A DNA stretch of 64,000 bases from positions 326,306,001 through 326,370,000 of the forward strand of contig OZ024740.1 in the NCBI GenBank assembly GCA_964016885.1, given 5' to 3'. Each line of letters starts with the position of its first letter. Position 1 is the stretch's first letter. Of the stretch, positions 24,624-39,103 are shown in pieces. The stretch comes from Eledone cirrhosa (Eukaryota). The notes under the pieces were generated by a model that saw only the letters and a program-made list of their open reading frames with translations, was not told the origin of the DNA and did not search any database. Made by a program: the position numbers and the translations under genes.

Positions 24624-26807
24624 GGCACTACAACGCTATGAGCTGTCAGTCGTGAAAGCAGCTGATGAAAGCAGGCGAAGGTGACGTCATTCGTCATCGT
24701 TTATTTCCGTATTACTACCACGCGTAAGTGGAGTTTTCACGCGTTTTTTAATTTTTTTAATTTTTTTTATTAAAGCATATCGATGTAAATGGAGTTACTT
24801 AAATGAAAATATAGGTGGCCCTTAAAAGGGCCAAATTATGGTTATCAAATTTTTTTCACCAACCCTATACATTTATGAAGAGACGTTTAGAAAACAAATT
24901 ATTTTCACCAACCTTATTCAAAAGCATGGATACAGTGCCCATGGAGACAATCCCCACCAATCAGCAACAATCATCACCAACACCACCAACACCATGTGTA
25001 AATAAATAAACTTTAATCTTCACTTTGTGATAATACATGCATTTGCAAGTTGAAAAATATGAATTCTATAATATATCCAAGTGTTAATGGAATTAACCAT
25101 CGCGATCTTTCCATCGCTACCGGTACTACAGCAGATACCATCAATTGGTTGAAAAATCAAGGACTTCTGAATACACAAATGGTCTGCCCTTCATGTGGTC
25201 AACGTATGTTGGAAGTAGCGAAACAAAATGTGTCAGATGGGATTATCTGGTCATGTAGAAGACCATGTAGAAAATAGGTGTCTATTAGAAAAGGCACATT
25301 TTTAGAAAATAGTAATTTGAAGTGTGAACAAATATTTTTGGGCAAAAGAAGATTTAGCCAAGAAGATTTCAGAGGAATGTCATATCGTGAATGTGGCCGT
25401 AGCAGATTGGCGAAATTTTTGCCGTGATGTATGTGCAGAGTATTATATGGCACAAAACATTAAGCTTGGCGGGCCAAACCGAATTGTCGAGATTGACGAA
25501 AGCGCCTTCGTGAGAAGGAAATACCATCTTGGCCATTCTGTGAAAACACAGTGGGGTTTTGGTACTTTGGAAAGAGGTACCAGAAGATGTTTTTTAGTAG
25601 CAGTAGAAGACCGGACAGCAGAGACACTTTTAACCATTATACAGGATTGTATATTGCCAGGAACTATAATATCTGATCTATGGCGCTCCTATAATACGAT
25701 CGATCATCTAGGCTATCAACATTTGACGGTGAACGATTCCATCAATTTTGTTGATCCTGTAACATTTGCCACAACGAATCACATAGAATGTTTGTGGAAA
25801 CATGTAAAGAATAGGAATAAAAGGGAAAACGGAACAGCCAGAAATTTGCTTCAAACCCATCTCATTGAATTCATGTGGCGTTATGAATTTAAAGGTGAAA
25901 TTTTTCAAAAGTTATTAGAACATATTCGTCATCTGTATCCATGCTTTTGAATAAGGTTGGTGAAAAAAATGTTTCTAAACATTTCTTCATAAATGGTAAA
26001 AAAAATTTGATAACCATATATTTTTTATAAACTTAAATGTATGACTTGTTTTCTACATTGACTAATTAACTTAAATTTGTTTTCTAATTTGGCCCTTAGA
26101 ACATATTCGTCATCTGTATTCATGCTTTTGAATAAGGTTGGTGAATAATTTGATAACCATATCATCATCATCATCATCATCATTTTACGTCCGCTTTTCC
26201 CTTCTTGCAAGGGTGGGACGGGAACTGATTCTGGCTTGATTTCTACAGCTGGATGCCCTTCCTAACACCATTTACAGTGAGTGCTGGGTGCTTTTTTGCC
26301 GTGGCACCTCCACGACCACCTTGCAGTGGAATGATATGGACCCCAGTCCCTATCATCTCATTTCTACAGCTGAGTAAACTGGAGCAATGTGAAATAAAGT
26401 GTCTTGCTCAAGGACACAACACATCACCCAGTCTGAGAATTGAACTCACAACCTGATTGCAAGGCCTATGTTCAAACCACTAAGCCATGTGCCTCCAAAC
26501 TTAAATTTTATAAACTTGAATTCATGACTATGAAAATATAAATGAATAAATCAAATTTATTTGATAACCATGAGTTGTTTTCTAATTAACTTAAATTTGT
26601 TTTCTAATTTGGCCCTTTTAAGGGCCACCTATATTTTCATTTAAGTAACTCCACTTACATCGATATGCTTTAATAAAAAAAAATAAAATAAAATAAAAAA
26701 CGCGTGAAAACTCCACTTACGCGTGGTAGTAATACGGAAATAAACGATGACGAATGACGTCACCTTCGCCTGCTTTCACAACTGACAGCTAATAGCGTTG
26801 TAGTGCC
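24624..26807 (+). mobile_element. Merlin transposon, second copy (transposase 25059-25950)
   Basis: Identical to 8040-10223, including the TSD AAATGGCG. Confidence 0.92.
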
Positions 26808-28776
26808 AAATGGCGAGATATATATATCTACTTATATATATAACCAGCAATTTCTCTGTCTGTCTGTCCGACAGTGGAAACACGTGTGTAGAGAGAGAGT
26901 GAGAGTGAAAGAAAGAGACAGACTACGAGAGGGGGATAGTGGGAGGGAGAGAGGGAGAGAGAGAGAGTGAATAGACGCTAAAACACGTGCTACAGAAACA
27001 TTACCTTCCCCTCTCCACTGACTTTGGTCACTGAGGCCGAGGGAATCGCTGGTTGCTATAGAGACACCTTGCACAAGCCAGAAGTAACCAGTTCGAGGCG
27101 GTTCTGACTTGACACCATGCGAAGAAGGTTGCCATTGAATTTGTGGTTTGAAGAAGGTTGCCATTGAATTTGTGATTGTTGCTGCTGATAATAAGGACCA
27201 TTTGAAGAAGGTTGCTGCTGATGAGGTAATTTATTAAACAGATTGCGCAGTTCCATAACCTACGTTTGATTTGTTCAATTTTTTTCTTCAATTTTTTTGT
27301 TGTTTTTTTTATTTCTTATTGAAAAAATATAAATAATAAAATAAGGTTAGAAATTTAAATACAATTAAATACGATTTAATTTCCATTTCCAGCAGCCAAT
27401 GTCCAGTGTTCAATTTCATGAAAAAATTGGAAATAATTCAAAAAATTGAAGTTTAACTTTTGAACATTTGTTTTGACAATAAAAAAATATTTTCTTATTC
27501 ACACCTAATGGTATGATTAACATTTCATAGGAATATTTTTTTCTAACCGCCAGTTATTTAAATATTATTAAAAATAAATTTTTTTTAAAAAAGAATGGAA
27601 GATTTTGTGGATTTTTTTAACACCTTCCAAGCCTTAAACACTAATTCTCGCGAATTTGTGTTTTGTAATGACCCTCAGGACGCTGCTATTGTTGATTCCA
27701 ATAGTGCCTGGTATTCGAATATGTTAGTATACAATTTTTTGAATAAAATTAAGGCGCAATTAGAGCTGCCAAACAAAATTTTTTTCGGCTTCGGCCCATA
27801 TTATATATATATATATATATATAATGGGGATGATGATGCTGATATACATAGTTACATATGTATATGCAATCTCCTTATAATATATAACCAGCAATTTCTC
27901 TGTCTGTCTGTCCGACAGTGGAAACACGTGCGCGCGTGCGAATGTTTTTTGCGCACGCGTAGAGAGAGTGAGAGTGAAAGAAAGAGACAGACTACGAGAG
28001 GGGGATAGCGGGAGGGGGGGGGGAGTGAATAGACACTAAAACACGTGCGCGCGTGCGAATGTTTTTTGCGCACGCGTAGATAGAGAGTGAGAGTGAAAGA
28101 AAGAGACAGACTACAAGAGGGGGATAGCGGGAGGGAGAGAGGGGGGAATTGAGGAGTGCTACAGAAACATATATACATTTCTGTGTGTGTGTAATATATA
28201 TATATATACACACACAGAAATATATATATATATACACACAGAAATATATATACATTTCTGTGTGTGTAATATATATATATATATACACACAGAAATATAT
28301 ATACATTTCTGTGTGTGTAATATATATATATATATACACACAGAAATATATATACATTTCTGTGTGTATAATATATATATATATACACACAGAAATATAT
28401 ATACATTTCTGTGTGTGTAATATATATACTAGCAGAAAACCACCCGGTGGGTGGTTTTCTGCTATTCTAATATATATTTGTGAAATGGGCGGTGGTTGAA
28501 ATTCAGATGTGCACGGTTAAATGGTAGTAGACGTGGTCGGACTGACAAGAAAATTTACACACCTATGTAAAAAGTGCCAAGGAAGCAAATAGACGAGGTT
28601 TCAAATCTCTAACTTGAAAAATGTGGTCCCTGGGGCCCCAAACCTATCGCATTCGGTGAGTTATTTCTCCCTGTTCTAATACTTTTGTATTATTTACAAT
28701 TTCACACAAATAAAGCAGTAAATAAAGGATTATGAGTTCATGCAATTGACTTATGTTTCGTACTATATATATATAT

Positions 28777-28829
<53 letters not shown>

Positions 28830-31800
28830 TAATATATATGTATATATATACATATATATATATATATACATATATAATATATATATATATATATATATAC
28901 ATATATATATAGAGAGAATTCACAAGAATCAAAGCTATGTTCAAAGCATTTATTCACTTACAATTGTTTCATCCAAACCTAGGCTTGGAACCTTCGGAGT
29001 ATTTTTCAATGTTTGTACACATGATTGACCTCCCTTCTAACGCAAGAGACATACAGATACATATGTATATATTGATGTACAGTGGAGTGACATATATTAT
29101 ATTATATTTCTGTATAGCAATTCAAATTCAAAATCAAAATCACATTAAAACAAAATCAAAGCAAAACTAAAATACAATCGGCAGTTAACATAGATAATGT
29201 AAGAGGATAGTTTGTTAGTCAGATGTAGTAGTTATTTTAGTTATTTTATGCGTTAGTTACACGTGGGGCATGCACGTGTGCCTCATTTATATATGATTAT
29301 TGTGCGGCAGGGTGTTACATGTAATAGAAGCACTTAAAGCGGGTAAGTAAGAGTATTGTGGAGGTTGTAGTGGTAAGGTATTTTTTGTATATATGAAAAC
29401 GCTTTAATAAAAAAAAAATATCAACTGTAATGTATGTATGCATGTATTTATGTGTTTATATGAGCGGGGATATGCAAGTAAATCTTACTTTGTGGACAGC
29501 TTATCCTTAGCATAATATTCATGCATATATTTGAAAGTTTTCAGGGAGTTGAATTACTGATTTTGGATCGGCAGCTTTAGCTTTGAAAAAATGAAATGTG
29601 CAGTGTAAACATTTTTTATTATTCCTCCGGGAATGAATCTTCTCTGCATTTTTCCATCTCTTTCTTTCTCTCTGGAAGAAATCAGCCGTAGTAAGACCTA
29701 AAAAAAATGGTTAGATACACCCTGACGCACAGTGCATCACGGTGGAGTTGAAAAGCAGACTCAGAACATGGCGTTGTGTGGAGGTGGCTCGCAGCCCAAT
29801 GTTCCAGGGGGAGCAAAAGAAGAAGAAGAAGAAGAAGAAGTGAGCTGGAGTCCTATCAAATATGTAGGTTGTGTCTTAAATTGAAGGTTTAGTAGAAACA
29901 ATTCATGTATAGTTTTGTACTTTTCTTTTTGTCATTCATATATAAACAAATCTACTATATAAATTAGAAGTGGTCGGACGTTGTATATGTAGGTATAGTC
30001 GGATAAACGTCGAAACGGCTTGGTGGAATGCAGCGAAAATTTATAGTTATGCAGAATGACCCGAGGAGGCGTTGGGTCGACTTTTAGGGTACAATCTTCC
30101 ATGGATACGGAGAAAATCGATGAAACAGGAATTTCCCATTCAAATTGAACTGAGAGTAATTATTTCGAGAAACGTTGCAACCGAACGAAAACAGGAAGAC
30201 GATATTTTGGTTCGTGAAGACGTTCCCTGGCAATGAACGGGAAAAAAGCGAGGATAATACGTCGTTATGTGGAGCGTAAAGAACAATTTCATGCAAAGAT
30301 AAGAACAAGTTTATGGTATAAATGGAGTCGTTAGACTAATATTCTATTTTAAATAACAATGATTTCCAGCCACGGAGTTTAAGAATGATGTAAATAAAAT
30401 TGAAAACGAAAAGGACAGAGGTTATTAAAATAGTAAAAGTAAATAGTGAAGAATTACACCAGTACATACGTATGCCCCGACGGACATACACATACATACG
30501 CACACACAAATACATACCCCCCACCCCCACCCACACACGAACGCACGCGCGTATATATAAACCTTATGCATTTCTACAGTATTTTCACCAAACTTAAGAC
30601 ATAGGTTACTTATGTACTCCGGATGGTCATGGGCACTGTCATTTTTCCAGATATTGATTATAGGGCCCCCCGGCAGATAACCCCTTTAACCACTTTAACC
30701 ACTTCCTTGAAGTCGACTGAAGCACTGCAGTGCAATGCAACAAAACGTCATAACTTCTGGAGTTCGCAACCGATTTTCACAAAACTTGACACATGGGCTA
30801 CGTTTGTCCTACAGATGAATGTGAACTCTCAGAATTGGCACATATTCGGTAGGGGACCCCTGGGGGCAGGAACCCCCTTTTGGAAAAAGCCGATGATTTT
30901 GTAAAAGAATAGTTTTCGAAGCAGCACTGAAGTATTGACATAAATGGTATACACAATTGCTATTTAATATCCGAGCATATATTTATATATATATAAATAT
31001 ACCTGTAAACATATGTATATGTTTATCTATGCATGTATGTATATATAAAATATATATATATATATACCTGTAAACATATGTATGTATTTATCTATGCGCG
31101 CATGCATATATAAAATATTGTCATATTTACCAAAATATTTTTCTAATATCGTATTTAATATTTTATATTGTCGTCTGCTTCTCTTCTCACAACATGTGGT
31201 TACTTACTGTCTCACTCTCTCTTTCTTTCCCCCCTCTCACACAGCCTCTTCTTTCTCTCTTTTTTTGCCAGTCCCTTGTCTCCCACAGCCTTCTCTCTCG
31301 CTCCCTTTTTTGTCTCTTTCTTTCTGTCACTGTTTCCCTCCTATAGACATTCTCTCCCTTTCTTTCCCCTCTCACACAGCCTCTTCTTTCTCTCTCTTTT
31401 TGCCTGTCCCTTCTCCCACACAGCTTTCTCTCTACCTCTCTCTCCCTTCCCTCCGGTTCCTTTTTTGTCTCTTTCTTTCTGTCGCTGTTTCCCTCCTACA
31501 GATATTCTCTCTCTTTAGTTTTGTGTCCCTCTCTCTCTTCTACTTCCTTCTCTTTCTCAATGTACCTCGTTTATCGGAGTTATGAGTAAAAACATACACA
31601 CGTATACGTACAGATATAAATATACATTTTTATCTTTATTGTTTTACTTTATAACATCCCTGACTATTTTTACTGTATTTTAATTTTTTCATTTTTCATA
31701 TATATTTTTATTCTTTATTTTTATTATTATATGTATCCATACCTTGTCTGACATTGTGTCTCACTATATCGCCAATTACCCTTGCTCATCTTTCAAATGT

Positions 31801-32591
31801 TCATGTTTGTATAAAATGAACATGTTTTCATTTGCACCCCTATAATGCTTAAAAACGTAAGATAGAAATCTGATTTTATTTTATTGCTCCCTCTCCCTCT
31901 CCTTTTCTTGCTCTATCTCTCCTCTCTCTCTTACTTGCTGTCTCTCTCTCCCACTTCTACTTAATGAATTCCTATACAAGGTTCTCTTATTCGATTGTTT
32001 ACTTTCAACTACTCCCAGTATGTGAGTGGCCAGAAGTAAATAAAAGTTTGAGAAACTTGTTGAAACTATAAAACGAATGAAATGGTAAAAATGCATTACA
32101 TAATGAAGTTGTGAAACAAAAACTATATTTTAAACGACACTTAAAACATTTTAAACATCAAAATATTAAAACTTCATAAATATATTTTATACTCATGAGT
32201 ATTTCAAAACCACACCATCTAAACATAATGTGTTGATTAGCTACCTCAGCTTATAAACGGGTTTTCGATTTTTGCCCATTTCTCAGGCATAAAATAGGAG
32301 CTTAGATTATATTTAGATCAGGTGATATTTGAGTATATATGGTAATGTCTCTGTTATGTCTAATTTAGGGAAAAGAGAAAAAAATAGAGAGGATAACAAA
32401 ATATTATCAAATTCTGGATATCACTATATATGATTACCACATTGCTCTAGATTCAGCAACCCTAGAAAAAAGAAAAAGATGTACCATTATATTAATGACT
32501 TTCTGTTTCTATTTCAAATGATATAAACTCATTAAGCTCGAAATTATATATATATAAGAAGAAATTAAAAGATGGTTAAAAAAGTTCCATA

Positions 32592-32662
32592 TATTTTATT
32601 ATGCGCATTTCGAAAACAACATCATCCTGTGACAAAAAATTGTGTTCTCATCAGATAAAATA
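32592..32662 (-). ncRNA. Type I hammerhead ribozyme, second copy
   Basis: Identical to 16010-16080. Confidence 0.73.
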
Positions 32663-33725
32663 AGGTAATGTGATATGAGGCCTAAAAACACTTGTCAACA
32701 GGAAAGTGCAAAGTCTACATATGACAGAAATCTAAGAGTAAGAAAAAGATACGAATATAGAAGAAAAGGAAAGAAGGAGAAAAAGGAAAAAGAAAGAGAA
32801 GAGAGGAAAAAAGGAAAAAAAGAAAGAAGGAAGAGAGACACTTTTGATCAGGAACGCTGTCAAAATGAAACAAGCTGTAAATAACGGTTAAAAAGTAAAT
32901 TGATGGGTGTATGTGCGAATATTATAGAAGGTATTCAAATATTAGAGGTCTAAAATATAGAAACTGGGTATATTATTTTATATTGGGTTTAAATACTAAA
33001 AATTGGATTAAGAAGTGTAAAAATGTATTAATAAAATAAAATTAAAAAAATTAAATTAAATTAAAATAAGTATAAAAAAGATTTTTATAAAATAAAATAA
33101 AATTAAAAAATAAAAAGTCTACCTATGTCAAAATTAAAAATTTCTATTAAAATTCTATATATGTAGGGTATACTATTTAATTTATATTTTATATCAACAA
33201 GTAAATAAAGGAAATTGCTAGAATGATTTATAAACTTAGAAAAACATATGACGCCATAGTTTGTTTACAAAATTTGCGAAGGTTTGAACGAAAATCTAAG
33301 GCTATAGAAAAAAGGTCAAACAGATTAAAGTTTAAGCAAAGAATCGCTGCTTAACGGTGAAAGCAGTGATTCTTTGCTTAAACTTTAAACTGTTATTTTA
33401 ATAAATATTATAGCATCTACTTATTCTGACAAGAATCGAAATTTCTAATCGTCTGCAAGTGGTGGACATTTGTTATACTCTGCGCAATCCATAAAAGGGA
33501 AATAACTCGTCTCTCAGCTCTATTTATACATTTAAACTGAAAAATCAATACATTACAAATTCGATTTTGGCGTGGGTTGATTTGAAAATGTTTTTTGACC
33601 GATGTCTCTGCTGGACCGTCATCTATAAGTGTAGCAATTTCAGCGAAATTTGAACGTACGGTTTAAGAGATGTGTGCCGACGGTTTTAGTAGACAGACAG
33701 ACAACCTCAGTTTTATATATATAGA

Positions 33726-35295
33726 CTAGCAAAAATCAACCCGGTGGGCGGTTTTCTGCTAGCAAATCTAGTGTATATACTGATATTGTTGAGATTTGGA
33801 TGAGAAATGTTTTCGGCACCACATGTTCACCGTCTCTCGGTGTGTCTTTTATGCATGTATAAATATATATGTTATCTATACGGTGAAATCTTTGAAATAA
33901 ATATGTTAAAACGAAAAAGGAGAAAAAGAGATTAGTGACGGAAATATAAACGTTATGATATAACGATGGAAATATATCTTCAAATGGTCCTTGGCATGGT
34001 TCTCAAGTCAGAACCGCCTCGAACTGGTTACTTCTGGCTTGTGCAAGGTGTCTCTATAGCAACCAGCGATTCCCTCGGCCTCAGTGACCAAAGTCAGTGG
34101 AGAGGGGAAGGTAATGTTTCTATAGCGACAGTGTTTCTCTTGGTAGTACCAAAGTGGAGAAAGGAAGGGGAAGGTAATATTTCTGTAGCACCTACATTTG
34201 AGTTTTAGGGAAGGACAGACAGACAGACAGACAAACAGAGAAATGCCCATGTATTTCTGGGTGTGTATATATATATATATATTACACACACAGAAATGTA
34301 TATATATTTCTGTGTGTGTATATATATATATATTACACACACAGAAATGTATATATATTTCTGTGTGTGTATATATATATATATTACACACACAGAAATG
34401 TATATATATTTCTTAGAACAAAATTATTATTAATGTTTTGCTGTTCATAACAATTGGAATTGAAAAATTACTTTTGAAATTATTAGTTATTTACTAATGC
34501 TTAGATATGTAAAAATGAAGCAATGTTTCTAATAATTGTTTCTACTTTTGGCACAAGGCCAGCAATTACCCAGTACATTACTGGTACTTTATTTTATCGA
34601 CCCCGTGAGGATGAAAGGCAAAGTTAACCTCGGCAGTATTTGAACTCAGACCGTAAAGGGACGTAACTCCATGCTATGAAGCATGGTGTCCGACTCTCTA
34701 CAGATTCTGCCAATCCACCACCCTAATGTCTGTACGTAATGAGGGAGTGAGAGGGGAGAGAAAGAAAGGCAGAGGTGAAGAGACGAAGTGACTCTCTCCT
34801 CCTCATCCTCCCCATTCGTCACAGCGATAGAGGGGAGGAATGTTAGTGTGTTACAAAGAGAAAGAGTGAGAGTGAGAGAAACAGACAGACTAAAAGAGAG
34901 GGATAGCTGGAGAGAGAGAGAGATAGCAACAGATACAGTACAGTAGCTAAGGGATGTATATATATTTCTGTGTGTATATATATATACATTTCTGTGTGTG
35001 TAATATATATATATATACACACAGAAATATATATACATTTCTGTGTGTGTAATATATATATATATATATTTCTGTGTGTATATATATATATATATTACAC
35101 ACACACAGAAATGTATATATGTTTCTGTAGCACTCCTCAATTCCCCCCGCTATCCCCCTCTTGTAGTCTGTCTCTTTCTTTCACTCTCACTCTCTCTCTC
35201 TACGCGTCGCATGCGCAAAAAACATTCGCACGCGCGTACGTGTTTCCACTGTCGGACAGACAGACAGAAATTGCTGGTTATATATTATAAGGAGA
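33726..35295 (-). mobile_element. Complete non-autonomous Helitron (~1.57 kb, with SINE insert at 34537-34720)
   Basis: 5' A|TCTCCTTATAATATATAACCAGC at 35295 and 3' hairpin plus CTAG at 33726; internal (TA)/(CA) minisatellites. Confidence 0.65.
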
Positions 35296-35296
35296 T

Positions 35297-35465
35297 TGTT
35301 CCAGTACACTCAGCTGAGAATGAGTACCAGCAGCAGCAGGGAAGTTAATCCTGTGCTAGACTGGCGTCCTATCCAGCAAGAGTCTTGTATTTTCAGTCGC
35401 TTAACGCCAAGGAAACCGGGAATAAGCACTGGCCTGATGAGCCTTCGGCTTAGAATAGACTTTAA
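35297..35465 (+). mobile_element. 5'-truncated SINE remnant
   Basis: GAGTACCAG...CCTGTGCTAGACTGGCGTCCTATCCAG...GAAACCGGGAATAAGC..GGCCTGATGAGCC resembles the 3' half of widespread invertebrate SINEs. Its 5' part is cut by the Helitron. Confidence 0.45.
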
Positions 35466-36289
35466 ATCTGAATTGGTGAATTTCAGCAGTGGTCTTTAGT
35501 AACCAAGGGAGAGCACTTTATCGGCCGTTCCTAGTTCGTTAACCATTTCCAGAAAGGGCTAATTTGACTTGGATGCTAAGACAAAAATAAGCTAAAATCT
35601 TATTTAGTATTTGTGATTATAAACATATGTTGATGACACTCCACCACTGCTGAAATTCATAGCAAGACTGTAAAAGTAATAGTATATATTCGTATACTAT
35701 TCGATGTACAACCCAAGTCACAAAATTAATCATGCTATGTCAAAGTATCACCTCTCATCAATTAGAGCCTGCTAGCTTTTGCTCTGTATGCACATGCCCT
35801 TCATCAGTCTTTTGACAGAAACTGAAGGGTCCTCCAACCCCTTCTTTCGCAAGCTATGGATGGATGCCCATTCTATCACCAACCACTTTAAAGTGTGTAC
35901 TAGGTAAATTTATTGTGTAGCTCACCAAACGCTAGGGCTGACTGTCATATACTTAACATGACTGAAGGGTCCTCCCAACCCATTGTTTGGCAAATCCTCC
36001 ATGGCCAGATGCCTATCACATCACCAACCACTTCACAAATGAGCAGCAGCTAGGAATGTGTGATGAAGGTGGTATAGTTATGTTGAGAGGTGTCAGGCCA
36101 CATTGTATGTTGCAGGTCAAGTCTTATTCAGCACCACATTGTGCCAGCCCTCAAGAATTTTAGTTATTTCTGTTGAGGTTTAATTGTTTCAGGACAGTCT
36201 TCACAACCTCATCCCACACATGCCTCTTCCATGGGTTCCAGCTCTTCCAGGTTTTACTGCATATCTTTATGTTCCATACACATCATAGC

Positions 36290-36806
36290 AAAATAAAATC
36301 TTTCCAATCACAGGAAAGCTCCATAGACGTGATTAACAGCTTTTGTTACCTAAGTGACCTAGGTAATTAGCAGTGGAAGTGGTTGCTCTGAAAGTATGGT
36401 AGGTAGAACAAGAACAAGCTGGAAAACGTTTAGGGAGCTACTACCGCAGTTGACAATAAAAGGTATTTCTCTATTTCAGAAAGCCAACTGTATGATACTT
36501 GGGTGCAAAGTATGGTTTTGCATGGAAGTGAAACATGGGCAGTAAATGCAGAGGATATGACACAGTTGGAGAGAAATGAAGGATGCACGTTTGAGGAGGA
36601 ATCAAATGTAGAGTGCAAAAGAGAAGACTGCACTAGTAGGGACATGTGAGGCATATGGAAGATGACTGTTGGTTAAGTTCCTAGTGGTAAGAATCTGCAA
36701 TAGAGGAAGACTGGACAGAAATGGTGATAGCAGATCTCAAAATATTGATCCTGACCCATTCAACCTATACAAGCATGAAATAACAGGTGTAAAAAGATGA
36801 TGAGGA
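36290..36806 (+). mobile_element. Decayed RTE LINE 3' fragment
   Basis: SFCYLSD.., LHGSETWAV.AED..QLERNE, GHVRHMEDD remnants and a (GAT) tail. Confidence 0.6.
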
Positions 36807-37072
36807 TAATTGTGAAAGAATATCTTTATTAAATACATCATAAGTTATTTCAGTAATGTAGATAAATGTGGTTATAAAAATATAGTGTTCAAAGGTTGTT
36901 ACCACACATTGTGGTATGTTCTTTGCTGTGTGAATACATTTACGGTTATATAAGATATTTTTTTTAATAGAATGACTTTTAACATTGATATGGTTACTCT
37001 CCTATATCAAAACATATATAAGTAGTTAAGATAATTTTCTTACACAATGATTAACCATAAACATTGGAGATA

Positions 37073-39103
37073 TCACTTTTCTCCTGTATGAACACGTTTG
37101 TGAGAAGTTAAGGATCTATTTACAGTGAATGATTTACCACAAATTGTACAGTGATATGGCTTCTCTCCAGTATGAATACGTATGTGCAAAGTTAAGTCAG
37201 GATTTCGAGAGAAAGATTTACCACAGATATCACAGGCATATGGCTTCTCTCCTGTATGTATACGCATGTGATTTGTTAAGGGACTACTATCATTGAAAGA
37301 TTTACCACAGATATCACAATGATATGGCTTCTCACCTGTATGAGTGCGTTTATGTCTAGTTAAGGAATTTTTATGAGAGAATGACTGACCACACATATCA
37401 CAGAGATACACCTTATCTCTTGTATGAACACGTTTGTGAGAAGTCAAGTCACTATTTTGAAAGAATGATTTATCACAGATGTCACAGTGATATGGCTTCT
37501 CTCCGGTATGAAGATACTTGTGTCGAGTTAAGCGTCCATTCGTAGAGAATGATTTATGACAGATGTCACAGAGATATGGTTTCTCTCCAGTATGAAGATG
37601 CTTATGTTTAGTTAAGACTCCATTCGTAGAGAATGATTTATGACAGATGTCACAGCAATATGGTTTCTCTCCTGTATGAACACGTTTGTGAGAAGTTAAG
37701 TCACAGTTATGAAAGAAAGACTTATCACACATGTCACAGCGATATGGTTTCTCTCCGGTATGACGATGCGTGTGTTTAGTTAAACTTCCATTTGTAGAGA
37801 ATGATTTACGACAGATGCCACAGTGATATGGCTTCTCTCCTGTATGAACACGTTTGTGGGAAGTTAGGCGACCATTATGAAGGAATGATTTACCACAAAT
37901 GTCACAGTGATATGGCTTTTCCCCAGAATGCAACTGTTTATGTCTTGTTAAAGTTCGAATTAGAGGGAATGATTTACCACAGATATCACAGTTATATGAT
38001 TTGCCTCCTGTATGAATAACTTTGTGTTTAGTTAACCCACTTGCTTGAGAAAATGTTTTATCACAGATATCACAGCGGTGTGGCTTCTCGCCTGTATGAA
38101 TACGTTTATGATAAGTTAAGCTACCACTTCGAGAGAATGATTTACCACAGATGCCACAGTGATAAGGCTTTTCTCCTGTATGAATACGCTTGTGCCTAAT
38201 TAACATAGAATTTTGAAAGAATGATTTACCACAAATAACACAGTGATATGGTTTCTCTCCTGTATGAATACGTTTGTGAGCAGTTACAGCACTACTTTGA
38301 AAGAATGATTTACCACAGATGTCACAGTGATATGGTTTTTCTCCTGTATGAAAACGTTTGTGAGTAGTTAAGTCACCACTTTGAAAAAATGATTTACCAC
38401 AGATATCACAGTGATATGGCTTTTCTCCTGTATGCAATTGTATATGTTTAGTTAAATCTGATTTTCGAGCAAATGATCTACTACAGACATTACAATGATG
38501 TGGTTTTATGCCTGTATGAATACTTTGGTGAAATGACAAGTGAAGTTTTTGGGAGAATGATTTACCACAGATGACACAATGATAGGGCTTCTTCCCTGTA
38601 TGAACATGTTTGTGTATAGTTAAGTTACTTCTTTCAGAGAATGATTTACCACAGATTTCACACTGATATGGCTTCTCTCCAGTGTGAATATGCTTGTGTC
38701 TAATTAGGTGTCTTTCTTCAGCGAATGATTTACCACAAATATCACAGTGATATGGCTTCTCTCCTGTATGAATATGTTTGTGTAAAGTGAAGCTATGTTT
38801 ACAAGAGAGTGATTTACCACAGATATCACATTGGTATGGCTTCTCTCCTGTATGAACACGTTTGTGTAAAATTAGAATAGCATCTGTAGAAAATGATTTA
38901 CCACAGATATCACAGTAATATGGTTTCTTTCCTGTAAGAATAGGTGTGTGAGAAGTTAATTGACATTTTTTTGAGAATGATTTATCAGAGATATCACAAG
39001 CATATGATGTTTTTCCTGTCTCTTTCAATGCCTCACCAGAATATTCATTGCTTTCAGGCTCTATCTTAATCTCAGCATGTTTCTCCCATATTTTGTTATC
39101 CAT
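37073..39103 (-). CDS. C2H2 zinc-finger protein (22 intact fingers plus 1 degenerate; about 676 aa, single coding exon)
   Basis: Uninterrupted ORF of CxxC-x12-HxxxH fingers with TGEKP linkers. First ATG at 39103. Splice acceptor TTTCAG at 39231-39236 upstream; AATAAA at 36825-36830 downstream. Confidence 0.93.
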   Translation of the reverse strand: MDNKIWEKHAEIKIEPESNEYSGEALKETGKTSYACDISDKSFSKKCQLTSHTPILTGKKPYYCDICGKSFSTDAILILHKRVHTGEKPYQCDICGKSLSCKHSFTLHKHIHTGEKPYHCDICGKSFAEERHLIRHKHIHTGEKPYQCEICGKSFSERSNLTIHKHVHTGKKPYHCVICGKSFSQKLHLSFHQSIHTGIKPHHCNVCSRSFARKSDLTKHIQLHTGEKPYHCDICGKSFFQSGDLTTHKRFHTGEKPYHCDICGKSFFQSSAVTAHKRIHTGEKPYHCVICGKSFFQNSMLIRHKRIHTGEKPYHCGICGKSFSRSGSLTYHKRIHTGEKPHRCDICDKTFSQASGLTKHKVIHTGGKSYNCDICGKSFPLIRTLTRHKQLHSGEKPYHCDICGKSFLHNGRLTSHKRVHTGEKPYHCGICRKSFSTNGSLTKHTHRHTGEKPYRCDMCDKSFFHNCDLTSHKRVHTGEKPYCCDICHKSFSTNGVLTKHKHLHTGEKPYLCDICHKSFSTNGRLTRHKYLHTGEKPYHCDICDKSFFQNSDLTSHKRVHTRDKVYLCDMCGQSFSHKNSLTRHKRTHTGEKPYHCDICGKSFNDSSPLTNHMRIHTGEKPYACDICGKSFSRNPDLTLHIRIHTGEKPYHCTICGKSFTVNRSLTSHKRVHTGEK

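Larger units (their letters stand above)
18528..34909 (+). repeat. Near-identical direct copy of 1944-18327
   Basis: The ORF track repeats with offset 16584, and 16582 after the TA microsatellite; same stops and frameshifts. Confidence 0.98.

Noticed and set aside
35434-35460. CTGATGA-GCC-TTC-GGC as a hammerhead
   Set aside because: No GAAA after stem II and no stems I or III; it is part of a SINE tail.
35764-35815. Minus-strand CTGATGA...AAAAGCTAGC as a hammerhead
   Set aside because: GAAA, stem II and UH are not intact; at best a dead relic.
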